Notes under the pieces: model-generated
The model's input: the letters and a program-made list of their open reading frames with translations, nothing else
The model's database searches: none
Told to the model about the DNA's origin: nothing
Made by a program: the position numbers and the translations under genes
DNA from: a virus
Lineage: Duplodnaviria > Heunggongvirae > Uroviricota > Caudoviricetes
Length of the DNA: 10,162 nucleotides
Virus record (IMG/VR): IMGVR_UViG_2537561712_000026
Direction: 5' to 3' (one strand)
Part shown: piece after piece, positions 1-8,238 of the stretch
Numbering within the stretch: the first letter of the stretch is position 1
Layout: every line of letters starts with the position of its first letter

Positions 1-1362
1 ATGTTTAAACCGGAACTCCTTTCCCCGGCGGGAACGCTGAAAAATATGCGTTACGCTTTCGCTTATGGCGCAGATGCTGTTTATGCGGGCCAGCCGCGTT
101 ACTCCCTGCGTGTGCGCAACAACGAATTCAACCACGAAAACCTTCAGCTCGGCATCAATGAAGCCCACGCGCTGGGGAAAAAGTTTTATGTCGTGGTCAA
201 CATTGCACCGCACAACGCCAAGCTGAAAACCTTTATCCGTGACCTGAAACCGGTGGTGGAAATGGGGCCGGATGCGCTGATTATGTCCGATCCAGGGCTG
301 ATTATGCTGGTGCGTGAGCACTTCCCTGAAATGCCGATCCATCTCTCGGTACAGGCTAACGCCGTGAACTGGGCGACGGTGAAATTCTGGCAGCAAATGG
401 GACTGACCCGCGTGATCCTCTCTCGCGAGCTGTCGCTGGAAGAGATTGAAGAGATCCGCAATCAGGTGCCGGATATGGAGATCGAGATCTTCGTTCACGG
501 CGCACTGTGCATGGCCTACTCCGGTCGCTGCCTGCTCTCTGGCTATATCAACAAGCGCGATCCGAACCAGGGTACCTGCACCAACGCCTGCCGCTGGGAG
601 TACAACGTCCAGGAAGGGAAAGAAGATGACGTTGGCAACATCGTACACAAGTACGAGCCGATTCCGGTGCAAAATGTTGAGCCGACGCTGGGTATCGGCG
701 CGCCAACCGACAAAGTGTTTATGATCGAAGAAGCCCAGCGTCCGGGCGAGTATATGACCGCGTTTGAAGATGAGCACGGCACTTACATCATGAACTCGAA
801 AGATCTGCGCGCCATCGCCCATGTAGAACGCCTGACCAAAATGGGCGTGCATTCGCTGAAAATCGAAGGCCGTACTAAATCTTTCTACTATTGCGCACGC
901 ACCGCACAGGTTTATCGTAAAGCTATCGATGATGCCGCTGCGGGCAAACCGTTCGATACCAGCCTGCTGGAAACTCTGGAAGGTCTGGCGCATCGTGGCT
1001 ATACCGAAGGTTTCCTGCGTCGTCATACTCACGACGATTATCAGAACTACGAATACGGTTATTCAGTTTCTGACCGCCAGCAGTTTGTTGGTGAGTTTAC
1101 CGGTGAGCGCAAGGGGGACCTCGCGGCGGTAGCGGTGAAAAATAAATTCTCCGTTGGCGACAGCCTTGAGCTGATGACGCCGCAAGGCAACATTAACTTT
1201 ACCCTTGAGCACATGGAAAACGCCAAAGGCGAAGCTATGCCGGTAGCACCAGGCGATGGTTATACTGTGTGGCTCCCGGTGCCGCAGGATCTTGAGCTAA
1301 ATTACGCGCTGCTGATGCGTAATTTCTCCGGGGAAACTACGCGTAACCCCCACGGTAAGTGA
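1..1362 (+). CDS. rlhA: U32-family peptidase-like protein YegQ/RlhA (23S rRNA 5-hydroxycytidine synthase), complete
   Basis: 453-aa ORF starting at base 1. Translation recognised from memory as E. coli YegQ, same length, and its position immediately upstream of cyaR matches the K-12 order yegQ-cyaR-ogrK. Not database-verified. Confidence 0.88.
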   Translation: MFKPELLSPAGTLKNMRYAFAYGADAVYAGQPRYSLRVRNNEFNHENLQLGINEAHALGKKFYVVVNIAPHNAKLKTFIRDLKPVVEMGPDALIMSDPGLIMLVREHFPEMPIHLSVQANAVNWATVKFWQQMGLTRVILSRELSLEEIEEIRNQVPDMEIEIFVHGALCMAYSGRCLLSGYINKRDPNQGTCTNACRWEYNVQEGKEDDVGNIVHKYEPIPVQNVEPTLGIGAPTDKVFMIEEAQRPGEYMTAFEDEHGTYIMNSKDLRAIAHVERLTKMGVHSLKIEGRTKSFYYCARTAQVYRKAIDDAAAGKPFDTSLLETLEGLAHRGYTEGFLRRHTHDDYQNYEYGYSVSDRQQFVGEFTGERKGDLAAVAVKNKFSVGDSLELMTPQGNINFTLEHMENAKGEAMPVAPGDGYTVWLPVPQDLELNYALLMRNFSGETTRNPHGK

Positions 1363-1396
1363 TTAATTTCGATTATTTTTCCCGGATGGAAAATTC

Positions 1397-1446
1397 TTAG
1401 AAACCGATCACATACAGCTGCATTTATTAAGGTTATCATCCGTTTC
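1397..1446 (+). promoter_or_regulatory. cyaR promoter: candidate CRP half-site pair plus -10 element
   Basis: TTAGAAACCGATCACA at 1397..1412 (reverse complement TGTGATCGGTTTCTAA, resembling TGTGA-N6-TCACA) is centred about 42 bp upstream of the presumed cyaR 5' end. TATCAT at 1434..1439 is a plausible -10. CRP dependence of cyaR is established knowledge; the exact site assignment is my reading. Confidence 0.5.
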
Positions 1447-1533
1447 GCTGAAAAACATAACCCATAAAATGCTAGCTGTACCAGGAACCACCTCCTTAGC
1501 CTGTGTAATCTCCCTTACACGGGCTTATTTTTT
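1447..1533 (+). ncRNA. cyaR: CyaR (RyeE) Hfq-dependent small RNA
   Basis: Sequence GCTGAAAAACATAACCCATAAAATGCTAGCTGTACCAGGAACCACCTCCTTAGCCTGTGTAATCTCCCTTACACGGGCTTATTTTTT matches my recollection of cyaR. It contains the CCTCCTTA seed-like motif and ends in a hairpin (CCTGTGTAA...TTACACGGG) followed by a T-run. It sits between yegQ and ogr as in K-12. Confidence 0.8.
1507..1533. other. P2-type attachment core (prophage/host junction, attL or attR)
   Basis: AATCTCCCTTACACGGGCTTATTTTTT is the reverse complement of the 27-bp P2 att core as I remember it (AAAAAATAAGCCCGTGTAAGGGAGATT). It lies exactly between host cyaR and phage ogr, which is where attP sits in P2 (ogr-attP-int). Confidence 0.65.
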
Positions 1534-1574
1534 ACGCGTAATACAATGAAATAAAAGGATTTATTTCTGGTCAC

Positions 1575-1592
1575 GTCCACATATTGACCACA
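1575..1592 (-). promoter_or_regulatory. Possible integrase arm-type binding sites (direct repeats TGTGGAC / TGTGGTC, 11-bp spacing)
   Basis: On the minus strand TGTGGTC (1592..1586) and TGTGGAC (1581..1575) are direct repeats one helical turn apart in the att arm between core and ogr. They resemble the P2 Int arm-site motif as I recall it. Confidence 0.35.
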
Positions 1593-1597
1593 TCGAC

Positions 1598-1630
1598 AAA
1601 AAAAGCCCCTCAACTGAGGGGCTTTCTGTT
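1598..1630 (-). terminator. Rho-independent terminator downstream of ogr
   Basis: Minus-strand sequence AAAGCCCCTCAGTTGAGGGGCTTTTTTTG: 8-bp GC-rich stem (1604..1611 / 1615..1622) followed by a T7 run, directly 3' of the ogr stop at 1636. Confidence 0.65.
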
Positions 1631-1635
1631 TGTAA

Positions 1636-1854
1636 TTACATCCACATAATTTGCTGCCCTGACGGCAACGGGTGCGGTCTTACGGCGTGGACTTCTCCCG
1701 GCTTCACGATGTATCGCTGTACCGACTCATAAGTGATGAACGTGGCGCTGCAATTCACGTTCTGACACTGGTGATAACGCTCTTTTGTCGTGTCAGTGAT
1801 ATAGCGACTTGTACGCGCATGTGCGGCATGCTGGCATAAAGGACAATGAAACAT
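1636..1854 (-). CDS. ogr: Ogr late-gene transcriptional activator (zinc-finger, 72 aa)
   Basis: Translation MFHCPLCQHAAHARTSRYITDTTKERYHQCQNVNC... has the CxxC...CxxC zinc-binding motif and is recognised as P2 Ogr / K-12 OgrK. AGAGG Shine-Dalgarno 8 nt upstream of the ATG at 1854. The ORF track's 93-aa version uses an upstream in-frame ATG that I consider unlikely. Confidence 0.88.
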   Translation of the reverse strand: MFHCPLCQHAAHARTSRYITDTTKERYHQCQNVNCSATFITYESVQRYIVKPGEVHAVRPHPLPSGQQIMWM

Positions 1855-1935
1855 CGCGAGCACCTCTTCCGGTTTTGTTGATGGTGCCATTTTAGTTAAT
1901 TTATCCTTATAAAACAAACAGATAAAATAAAAACA

Positions 1936-3099
1936 TCATTCATCATCTTCTGTTTCGTATTCCACATCAGAAAGCCTGACCTCAAGCTCTAAGGACGTCG
2001 TGAAGCCGCTATTATTCAGAAAATGTGTCACCTTAGTGATGGTCCAGTCCTGCTCGTCTATGACGCGCTTAAAGCCTGACACTCTGACCGGTGTTTCCGT
2101 GTAAATATCTGCACGACCGGTAGCCAGGATGATGGAGAACTCCGCAACGCCCCGTTGCAGTTTGTCCCACTTCGCCTGAGCAGCACGCATGGCCTGTGCT
2201 TTCGTGGCATATACCGTGGTCAGGGCAAAAACGTTGTCAGCCTCACCGGCCATGTATTCACCTTCGCGCGCTTCCGGTACTTTTGGCGCTTTCTTCTGCC
2301 TGACCGGTTTCGCTTTCGGGTGCTCCAGTGCGCGCAGGTGTTTCTCTTTCTTTTTGCGTTTCAGTTTTACCTTCTGCTTTTGCGGTTTCGGGTCTTTGGT
2401 GTGTAACCACTTTGCCGTTACACCGGTATAGGCTCCACGGTCAGCAATCGCAAAATGATGGCGGTCGCCGTCGCTGCGGGTTATGGTGACCTGCGGGATT
2501 TTTTTACCGCTGGCCGTCACCCCCTGCCCCGCTTTGAGAAACAACAGTTTTCCCATTTTTACCGAGACCTCACCGCCGTTGCGTTCAGCAAGGCGGGTCA
2601 GGAATTTTGCATCAGACTCCTGCGACTGGTCGATGTGCGGGATTTTAATTCCGGCCAGTGACGGCGCGACACTGGCTTCCAGCCTGTTACGGGAGGCTAT
2701 TGCCTCAACAATCGCACCGAGCGTGGTGTCATGCCAGGAGTCTTCACGGCGGGAATTGAGCGTCCCGCGAAAATCTGCACTCCGGGCGCGGATGGTGACC
2801 ACATCCGGCGCGCCCCGGTGTTCAACCTCATCAACGGTAAATTTCCCTTTGCATACCAGGGCAAAACCTTTCCAGCCGATATACACCGTCAGGACAGCGC
2901 CACGAATCGGCAGCCCGACCTGCCCGTCGGCATCGTTCAGTTCAATATCAAGCTGGTCAGCCTCAAAGCCCCGGTTATCCGTCAGAGTCATGCTCATCAG
3001 ACGGTCGCTGATATTGCCGGTAATATCCCTGCTGTCGAGCATCAGCATGTAATCCGGCGTCAGCGTACTGCCTGCATCAAATGTCAGTGCATCCAGCAT
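1936..3099 (-). CDS. D: Tail/baseplate protein D (phage late control gene D family)
   Basis: 387 aa, the same length as P2 gpD. Position between U and ogr matches P2. Start ATG overlaps the U stop in a TAATG arrangement. Confidence 0.88.
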   Translation of the reverse strand: MLDALTFDAGSTLTPDYMLMLDSRDITGNISDRLMSMTLTDNRGFEADQLDIELNDADGQVGLPIRGAVLTVYIGWKGFALVCKGKFTVDEVEHRGAPDVVTIRARSADFRGTLNSRREDSWHDTTLGAIVEAIASRNRLEASVAPSLAGIKIPHIDQSQESDAKFLTRLAERNGGEVSVKMGKLLFLKAGQGVTASGKKIPQVTITRSDGDRHHFAIADRGAYTGVTAKWLHTKDPKPQKQKVKLKRKKKEKHLRALEHPKAKPVRQKKAPKVPEAREGEYMAGEADNVFALTTVYATKAQAMRAAQAKWDKLQRGVAEFSIILATGRADIYTETPVRVSGFKRVIDEQDWTITKVTHFLNNSGFTTSLELEVRLSDVEYETEDDE

Positions 3100-3578
3100 T
3101 ATCCCGCCCCCGTCATACCTGTGAATTTAGTCGCCATACTGCCAGCCTTACCGATGAGCGATTCCGCCTGTTTACCGATATCGCCATAAAGCGCGGCCAG
3201 TGGTTCGTCAACGCGGGTGAGCGACAGCGTAAAATCAATTTTTCGGGGTGTGCCGTCTGCAAAGAAAATACTCCCTGTTTCACTCACCCTGCTGATGACA
3301 TACATGCCGTAAATCATGCCGGTGCCATCCAGCAACGGCCACGCCCGACCTTCCTCTGCCATCAGCCTGAGCGTGGTCATCGTCAGCTTGCCGCCGGTCA
3401 GTTCGGGATAAAGCACACCGGCCAGCGTCATGTTTTCCTCGCCAACGCCGAGAAACTGGTAGGCATCCCGTTTACCGATACGGGAATTTGACGGCCAGCG
3501 ATAATCTGATTCACGCTGCATGGTCTGGTGTGGCAGCGTCTGGCGCATAAAAACAAACATACCTAACGCGAGCATCAT
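3099..3578 (-). CDS. U: Tail protein U
   Basis: 159 aa, the same length as P2 gpU, in synteny between T and D. Assigned by length and position rather than by direct sequence recognition. Confidence 0.8.
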   Translation of the reverse strand: MMLALGMFVFMRQTLPHQTMQRESDYRWPSNSRIGKRDAYQFLGVGEENMTLAGVLYPELTGGKLTMTTLRLMAEEGRAWPLLDGTGMIYGMYVISRVSETGSIFFADGTPRKIDFTLSLTRVDEPLAALYGDIGKQAESLIGKAGSMATKFTGMTGAG

Positions 3579-3592
3579 TTTTCGTCACCTCC

Positions 3593-6040
3593 TTAACCGT
3601 CATGCATCATGCTGGCACGGGCGCGCGCACGTTTATCCCGCTCGTATTTTTCGAGCGCATCCTGTAACTGGCGGTCAAGCTGTGTCCCCGGCGCAGTACC
3701 ACCCGTCAGGCTGATGTGATATTCGTTTTTACTCTGGTCCACATAAGAGCGGCCAGCCGGTGCCGTGACCGGCTGATAAGCCTGATAGCCTGCATAAGAG
3801 CTGGTCGCCGGAATATAACCACCGGTGCCATACGTGGCGGCATGAGTTCTGGCGGCGGTCTGGTCAAGTGTGTCTGACTCTTTGTTGATAACACCGAGTT
3901 TTTCCAGTACCCAGTCAATACCACTGCGCAGTTTGTTGAACGCATTAAGCGGCAGCATCAACGCGTCAGCCAGTGCCTGCCCGAACATGACGCCCGTGTC
4001 ACGGCAACGGTTCAGGGTGTCCTGGGTGGCTTTGACCGGGGCAATCAGTTTTTTAAACCACTGCCACGCGGCCTGTAACTTTTCACCCAGCCAGTCAAAC
4101 AGCGGCTTAAGTGGCGTGAACAGTTCCCCCACCGGCGCAAATGCAGCTTTCAGCCCTTCAACCACACCGCCAAAGAATGCGCTGACAGGCTCCCAGTATT
4201 TACGGATAAGCAACGCCCCGGCGACAATTGCAGCCACCACGGCCACAACCGGCCAGCTAATCGCCCCGATGGCCGTCATAACAGCACTGCCAACCGTCGT
4301 GAAGATTGCCCCCATTGCGCCTGCTGCCGCGATGATGGCATTAATGCCGGTGATAACCGGCCAGGCTACAAGACCAATTGCACCGATGATGCCAATAAGC
4401 GCCAGTGCGCCACCGACAATAAGGCCGATGGTTGACGCCAGTGATTTGTTTTTCTGGATCCAGCCGTCGAGTTTTAACACATACTTTGTGGCCGTCTGCG
4501 TGAGATTACGCAGTGCGCCTTCCTGTTGGTCAAACAGGTCAGTCCCCACCGCCTCATAAGCGGACTGAAACTCCTTAAAGTCACCGCCGAGGTTGTCCTG
4601 CATGATATTTACCAGCTCTGCGGTCTTCCCGTCTGAGGCTTTAAACGCAGCGGTCAGTTTGTCCAGCTTTCCGGTTGAGGCGGCAGTCATCAGCACGGCG
4701 GCGGCTGAACTGGCCTCCTCCCCGAAAATGGTTTTCATGTATTCAGCCTGCTGGGCAGTACCGAGCCGGTTTTTCTCAAAACTGGCCTGCATTTCTTTCA
4801 GAATGGTAAATATTGGTCGGGTATTCCCCTTGCTGTCTGAGGTTTTCACTCCAAGCTCTTTGAGTGCATCCCATGCTTTTCCCGTCGGTGCCTGCAGGCG
4901 ACTTAACACGGCACGGCTTCCCGTCCCCGCCATTGAGCCTGTGATTTTTGCATCATGCAGCGCCCCGACCATTGCGGCGGTTTCTTCAATGCTGACACCG
5001 GCATTTTTTGCCACAGGTGCGGCATAGGTCAGCGCATCGCTCATACCGTCAAAATCGGCGGCGGTTTTGTTCATCGTCATGGAGAGAACATCCCCGATAT
5101 GAGCAACCTTATCGTTTGAAAGCTGAAAGGCAGATTTCATCCCCATCAGCAGGGCGGCGTTTTCTTCCATCGTGCGACGGTTCGCCAGCGCCATATTCAG
5201 CGTGACCGGCGTTGCCGCCTGAATGGCATCAACATCCCCACCCGCTTTCGCGATGATAATCTGTGCACCGGCCGCATCATCCGCCGAGGCGGCGGTATTG
5301 TCGCCGAGCTGGCGCGCCTGCTTGCGTAGCGCGGCCATTTCGGCGGAGTCTTTTGCCACACCGAGCACGGCCTGTAATTCTGAGTTTTTCTGCGCAAATT
5401 CATAACCGGGCATCAGCAGCTTAACACCGGCCATCGTTCCCGCCGCCGCAATCCCCACACCGGCAGCGCCCACTGAGGCCATATTTCCGGCCAGCTCCTT
5501 TCCTGCCTGATAGCGCTGTTTTACTGCGTTAAGTTTTGCCTGTTGCGCACTGACACGCGCCAGCGCGTCACGCTGCCGGTTAAGCTGTGCGGTGGTTTCA
5601 CTGATACGGTTTTTCAGCCCCAGCTCATCATGTGCAAGATTGCGGGTATTAATTCCCACAGCGGCCAGTTCCCGCTGCTGGCGTTTAACGGAATCCGTCA
5701 GGCGGTTATATTTCGCCTGTAAGTCCTCCGCCGCACGCTTTGCGGATTCCAGCACTTTCGCCTGAGCACGGGTCGGACGTTCGGTGTTTTTAAACTGTGT
5801 GGCAAGGGCTTCGGCCTCCTGCCGTGCCTTTTCAAGTGCATGACCAGTCACGGCGAGCTGTGCGCTGGTCTTGCGGAATCCCTCAATACGGGATGCCTGC
5901 CCGTTCAGCTCGCGCAGTGATTTTTGTGTTTCCCGGATATCCCCCGACAGCGACTTACTCGCTGTGCGGATGGATTTAAACGGGCGGGATGCCTGGTCAA
6001 CAGCCCTGAGCAATACCTGTAATTTTACATTGTTACTCAT
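3593..6040 (-). CDS. T: Tail tape measure protein T
   Basis: 815 aa (P2 gpT length). Coiled-coil-rich N-terminal half, a Gly/Ala/Ile-rich hydrophobic central segment, and the expected position downstream of E/E'. Confidence 0.9.
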   Translation of the reverse strand: MSNNVKLQVLLRAVDQASRPFKSIRTASKSLSGDIRETQKSLRELNGQASRIEGFRKTSAQLAVTGHALEKARQEAEALATQFKNTERPTRAQAKVLESAKRAAEDLQAKYNRLTDSVKRQQRELAAVGINTRNLAHDELGLKNRISETTAQLNRQRDALARVSAQQAKLNAVKQRYQAGKELAGNMASVGAAGVGIAAAGTMAGVKLLMPGYEFAQKNSELQAVLGVAKDSAEMAALRKQARQLGDNTAASADDAAGAQIIIAKAGGDVDAIQAATPVTLNMALANRRTMEENAALLMGMKSAFQLSNDKVAHIGDVLSMTMNKTAADFDGMSDALTYAAPVAKNAGVSIEETAAMVGALHDAKITGSMAGTGSRAVLSRLQAPTGKAWDALKELGVKTSDSKGNTRPIFTILKEMQASFEKNRLGTAQQAEYMKTIFGEEASSAAAVLMTAASTGKLDKLTAAFKASDGKTAELVNIMQDNLGGDFKEFQSAYEAVGTDLFDQQEGALRNLTQTATKYVLKLDGWIQKNKSLASTIGLIVGGALALIGIIGAIGLVAWPVITGINAIIAAAGAMGAIFTTVGSAVMTAIGAISWPVVAVVAAIVAGALLIRKYWEPVSAFFGGVVEGLKAAFAPVGELFTPLKPLFDWLGEKLQAAWQWFKKLIAPVKATQDTLNRCRDTGVMFGQALADALMLPLNAFNKLRSGIDWVLEKLGVINKESDTLDQTAARTHAATYGTGGYIPATSSYAGYQAYQPVTAPAGRSYVDQSKNEYHISLTGGTAPGTQLDRQLQDALEKYERDKRARARASMMHDG

Positions 6041-6206
6041 TCGTGTTTCCGCTTCGCCTGAGCGCCTTTTCGCGCCATGTGATGAGTTCGGTCAGGCTCA
6101 TGGGATACAGTTCTGATGGCGGCCAGTGAAATACCACTGCCACATCCGCCATCAGGTCATCGACCGAGAGATTTTTCGGAAACGTCACTGCACCGAGTTC
6201 GGCGAC
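6033..6206 (-). CDS. E': E' extension of the tail assembly chaperone, reached by programmed -1 frameshift from E (E+E' fusion 142 aa)
   Basis: Slippery heptamer TTTTTTG on the minus strand (plus 6206..6212) lies 6 codons before the E stop. Reading on in the -1 frame gives 57 more residues (VAELGAVTFPKNLSVDDLMADVAVVFHWPPSELYPMSLTELITWREKALRRSGNTNE) and stops at TAA 6033..6035, overlapping the T start (ATGAGTAA). 85 + 57 = 142 aa, the P2 E+E' length. Confidence 0.8.
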   Translation of the reverse strand, partial: VAELGAVTFPKNLSVDDLMADVAVVFHWPPSELYPMSLTELITWREKALRRSGNTNE

Positions 6207-6460
6207 AAAAAACCGACCACCTTACCGGCCAGCGCCACAAGGTCAGGCAGTTCCAGCGCGGCGACCTCCTGTTCGGTCAGCATCGGTGCCGTCATGCGCG
6301 GCAGCACTTTAATCAGTGCATCGACTTCGGAGTTCGCGACCGCAGCCAGACTGACACCGCGCAGCGTCCCGGCATTGGGTTTCATCAGCGTGACCTGTTC
6401 GATAACCTGCTCACCACGCTTGACCGGATTGTCCAGGGTAATCACATTTTCTTTGTTCAT
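6185..6460 (-). CDS. E: Tail assembly chaperone E
   Basis: 91 aa, MNKENVITLDNPVKRGEQ...; length and sequence recognised as P2 gpE; located between FII and T. Confidence 0.88.
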   Translation of the reverse strand: MNKENVITLDNPVKRGEQVIEQVTLMKPNAGTLRGVSLAAVANSEVDALIKVLPRMTAPMLTEQEVAALELPDLVALAGKVVGFLSPNSVQ

Positions 6461-6488
6461 GGTTTTCTCACTTCTGAATCAGGGTTAA

Positions 6489-6509
6489 CCGGTCAGCCTG
6501 GCTGACCGG
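6489..6509 (-). other. Intercistronic stem-loop between FII and E (no U-tract)
   Basis: CCGGTCAG-CCTGG-CTGACCGG: perfect 8-bp inverted repeat with a 5-nt loop in the 56-bp FII-E spacer. Followed by TTAACCC rather than a T-run, so not a classical intrinsic terminator. Confidence 0.4.
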
Positions 6510-6516
6510 ATGAAAA

Positions 6517-7035
6517 TCACAGGCCGATATTGCGGCGGTGTTGCTCCAGCCGGTCGACGCCGTTCACCTTCTCAATCATGTTGATGGTGTCGATTTCGAC
6601 CAGCTCCTTACCGTCCATCGTCAGCCGGAAATAGGTGCAGACCACGGAGATTTTCGACTCGGTGTCTTCTCCCTGTTTACCCTCGCCGGTGTCGATTTCT
6701 TTCTGACGGCCACGCATGACCACCTCGACGGCCACCGTTTCGCCGGTATCGTCGCGCTGGTAAGAGCCTGCAAAACGAATCGGTACGGCATCCACACCGG
6801 TTGCGGCGTAAAGCTCCCAGATAACCGAATCCGGGAAGCCACCGAGCGACCACTCCATTGACAGCGCATCGTCATCAAGGCCGAGGTCTACCGGTGCGCT
6901 GCCATTCATCCCCGCACCGCGATAGTTTTCGAGCTTACGGGTCAGTTTTGGCAGCGTGACGGACTTCGCGACGCCCTGATAGCTGTAGCCGTTCAGAAAG
7001 ACGTTCATTAACTTGAGTTTGCGCGGCATTGCCAT
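6517..7035 (-). CDS. FII: Major tail tube protein FII
   Basis: 172 aa (P2 gpFII length); sequence recognised; AAGGAG Shine-Dalgarno upstream; follows FI with a 12-bp gap. Confidence 0.9.
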   Translation of the reverse strand: MAMPRKLKLMNVFLNGYSYQGVAKSVTLPKLTRKLENYRGAGMNGSAPVDLGLDDDALSMEWSLGGFPDSVIWELYAATGVDAVPIRFAGSYQRDDTGETVAVEVVMRGRQKEIDTGEGKQGEDTESKISVVCTYFRLTMDGKELVEIDTINMIEKVNGVDRLEQHRRNIGL

Positions 7036-7047
7036 CGGTCAGGCTCC

Positions 7048-8238
7048 TTAATTGCTGTTAACCGAGGTGACCAGATTTGCCAGGTATTTATCGGTGATAC
7101 GCTGGCGCAGGGTCAGGTTTTCAAGAGGAGGTACCGGTGTATAGTCGTAGTCGATATACAGTTTTCCGGCCTTGAGGGTTTCCGCATCGCTGGATTCTTC
7201 GCTGAACCAGCAGGTCGCATCCACGATATAGCCGTTTGTTTTCAGCTCACGGAATTTGGCATTGATGCCGTCAACGATGTCGCGAATCAGCGTTGCGGTG
7301 ATGGGCTTGTCCACCGCCCACATGTGCGCCTCAGCCATCGTGTCGGCCAGCACCTGCGCGGTGCGGGTGTAGTTTTCAAAGAGGAACAGCGGGTCATCAG
7401 AGCAGGTACGGTTACCCCAGAAGCGGAAACCGTCGCGGCGAATCAGCGTAGTGACGCCTGACTCGTTAAGCAGGTCAGCATCGGTGCCGGACTCCTGCAA
7501 ATCCCAGAATACAGATGCGCTGATGCCGTTAACACCGTTTACCCCGACGTTGGACAGCGTTTTATGCCAGCCCTGCTCCTGGTCGATTTTAGCGCGCAGA
7601 CCCAGCGCACGGGCGGTGGCATACGCGGTGGCGGTGGTGCTGCTGACCGTATCCCATGCGAGGAAATCCGGCCAGATGACCATCAGCTCACGCTGGCTGA
7701 AATTCTGGCGGTAGGCTTTCACCTCGGAAATGGTTTTACAGCCCCATGCGCTGATATACCCGAAAGCGCGCAGCTTCTGACAGACTGATGCCAGTGCAAC
7801 AGCCACCTCTTTGGTGTCCAGTCCCGGCACGCCGAGAATACGCGGTTTAACACCGGTTACCGACTCTGCCGCCAGCAGGGCTTTCAGTCCGGTATACTGA
7901 CCGTTTTCGTCAGTGGTGCCGATGATATTGGAAACGGTCTGCGCGAGTTTCGTTTCTTCGTCGTCGCCGGTGCCGTCTTCAACACGCACGACAACGGTAA
8001 CCGGTTTTGACTGGTCAGCGATGGCCTGCAACGATGCCGCCAGCGTGCCTTTTTTACCGGCCTTTGCAATTGCGCTCTGCACATTGGTAATCAGCACAGG
8101 TTTATTGAGGGGGAAGGTTTCCGCATCCGCATCGCTGGCCGTGCAGACCATGCCGACAATGGCGGTGGATACGGTGGAAATGACGCGGGTGCCGTCGTTA
8201 ATCTCCAGCACCTGCACGCCGTGATGATAATCACTCAT
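7048..8238 (-). CDS. FI: Contractile tail sheath protein FI
   Basis: 396 aa (P2 gpFI length); sequence recognised as P2-type tail sheath; first gene of the FI-FII-E-T-U-D operon. Confidence 0.9.
   Translation of the reverse strand: MSDYHHGVQVLEINDGTRVISTVSTAIVGMVCTASDADAETFPLNKPVLITNVQSAIAKAGKKGTLAASLQAIADQSKPVTVVVRVEDGTGDDEETKLAQTVSNIIGTTDENGQYTGLKALLAAESVTGVKPRILGVPGLDTKEVAVALASVCQKLRAFGYISAWGCKTISEVKAYRQNFSQRELMVIWPDFLAWDTVSSTTATAYATARALGLRAKIDQEQGWHKTLSNVGVNGVNGISASVFWDLQESGTDADLLNESGVTTLIRRDGFRFWGNRTCSDDPLFLFENYTRTAQVLADTMAEAHMWAVDKPITATLIRDIVDGINAKFRELKTNGYIVDATCWFSEESSDAETLKAGKLYIDYDYTPVPPLENLTLRQRITDKYLANLVTSVNSN

Noticed and set aside
186-1132. Small ORFs overlapping yegQ on both strands (67-92 aa)
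   Set aside because: Nested within the well-supported 453-aa yegQ/rlhA frame; composition atypical; no independent evidence.
1855-1917. Upstream in-frame ATG giving a 93-aa Ogr
   Set aside because: P2 Ogr and K-12 OgrK are 72 aa, and a good Shine-Dalgarno (AGAGG) precedes the internal ATG at 1854. The extra 21 codons lie in what should be the ogr promoter/leader.
2155-3189. Plus-strand ORFs of 68-189 aa antisense to gene D
   Set aside because: They lie entirely inside the confidently identified D gene on the opposite strand and have skewed low-complexity composition (Arg/Ser/Cys/Phe-rich), as expected for antisense frames.
3870-5405. Plus-strand ORFs of 60-229 aa antisense to the tape measure gene T
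   Set aside because: Long open antisense frames are typical opposite Ala/Gly-rich GC-rich genes. The sequences are Ser/Pro/Ala-rich low-complexity strings with no upstream ribosome-binding context; T on the minus strand explains the region.
6116-6505. Plus-strand 120- and 129-aa ORFs across the E/E' region
   Set aside because: Antisense to E and its frameshift extension, both of which are independently supported by length and sequence match to P2.
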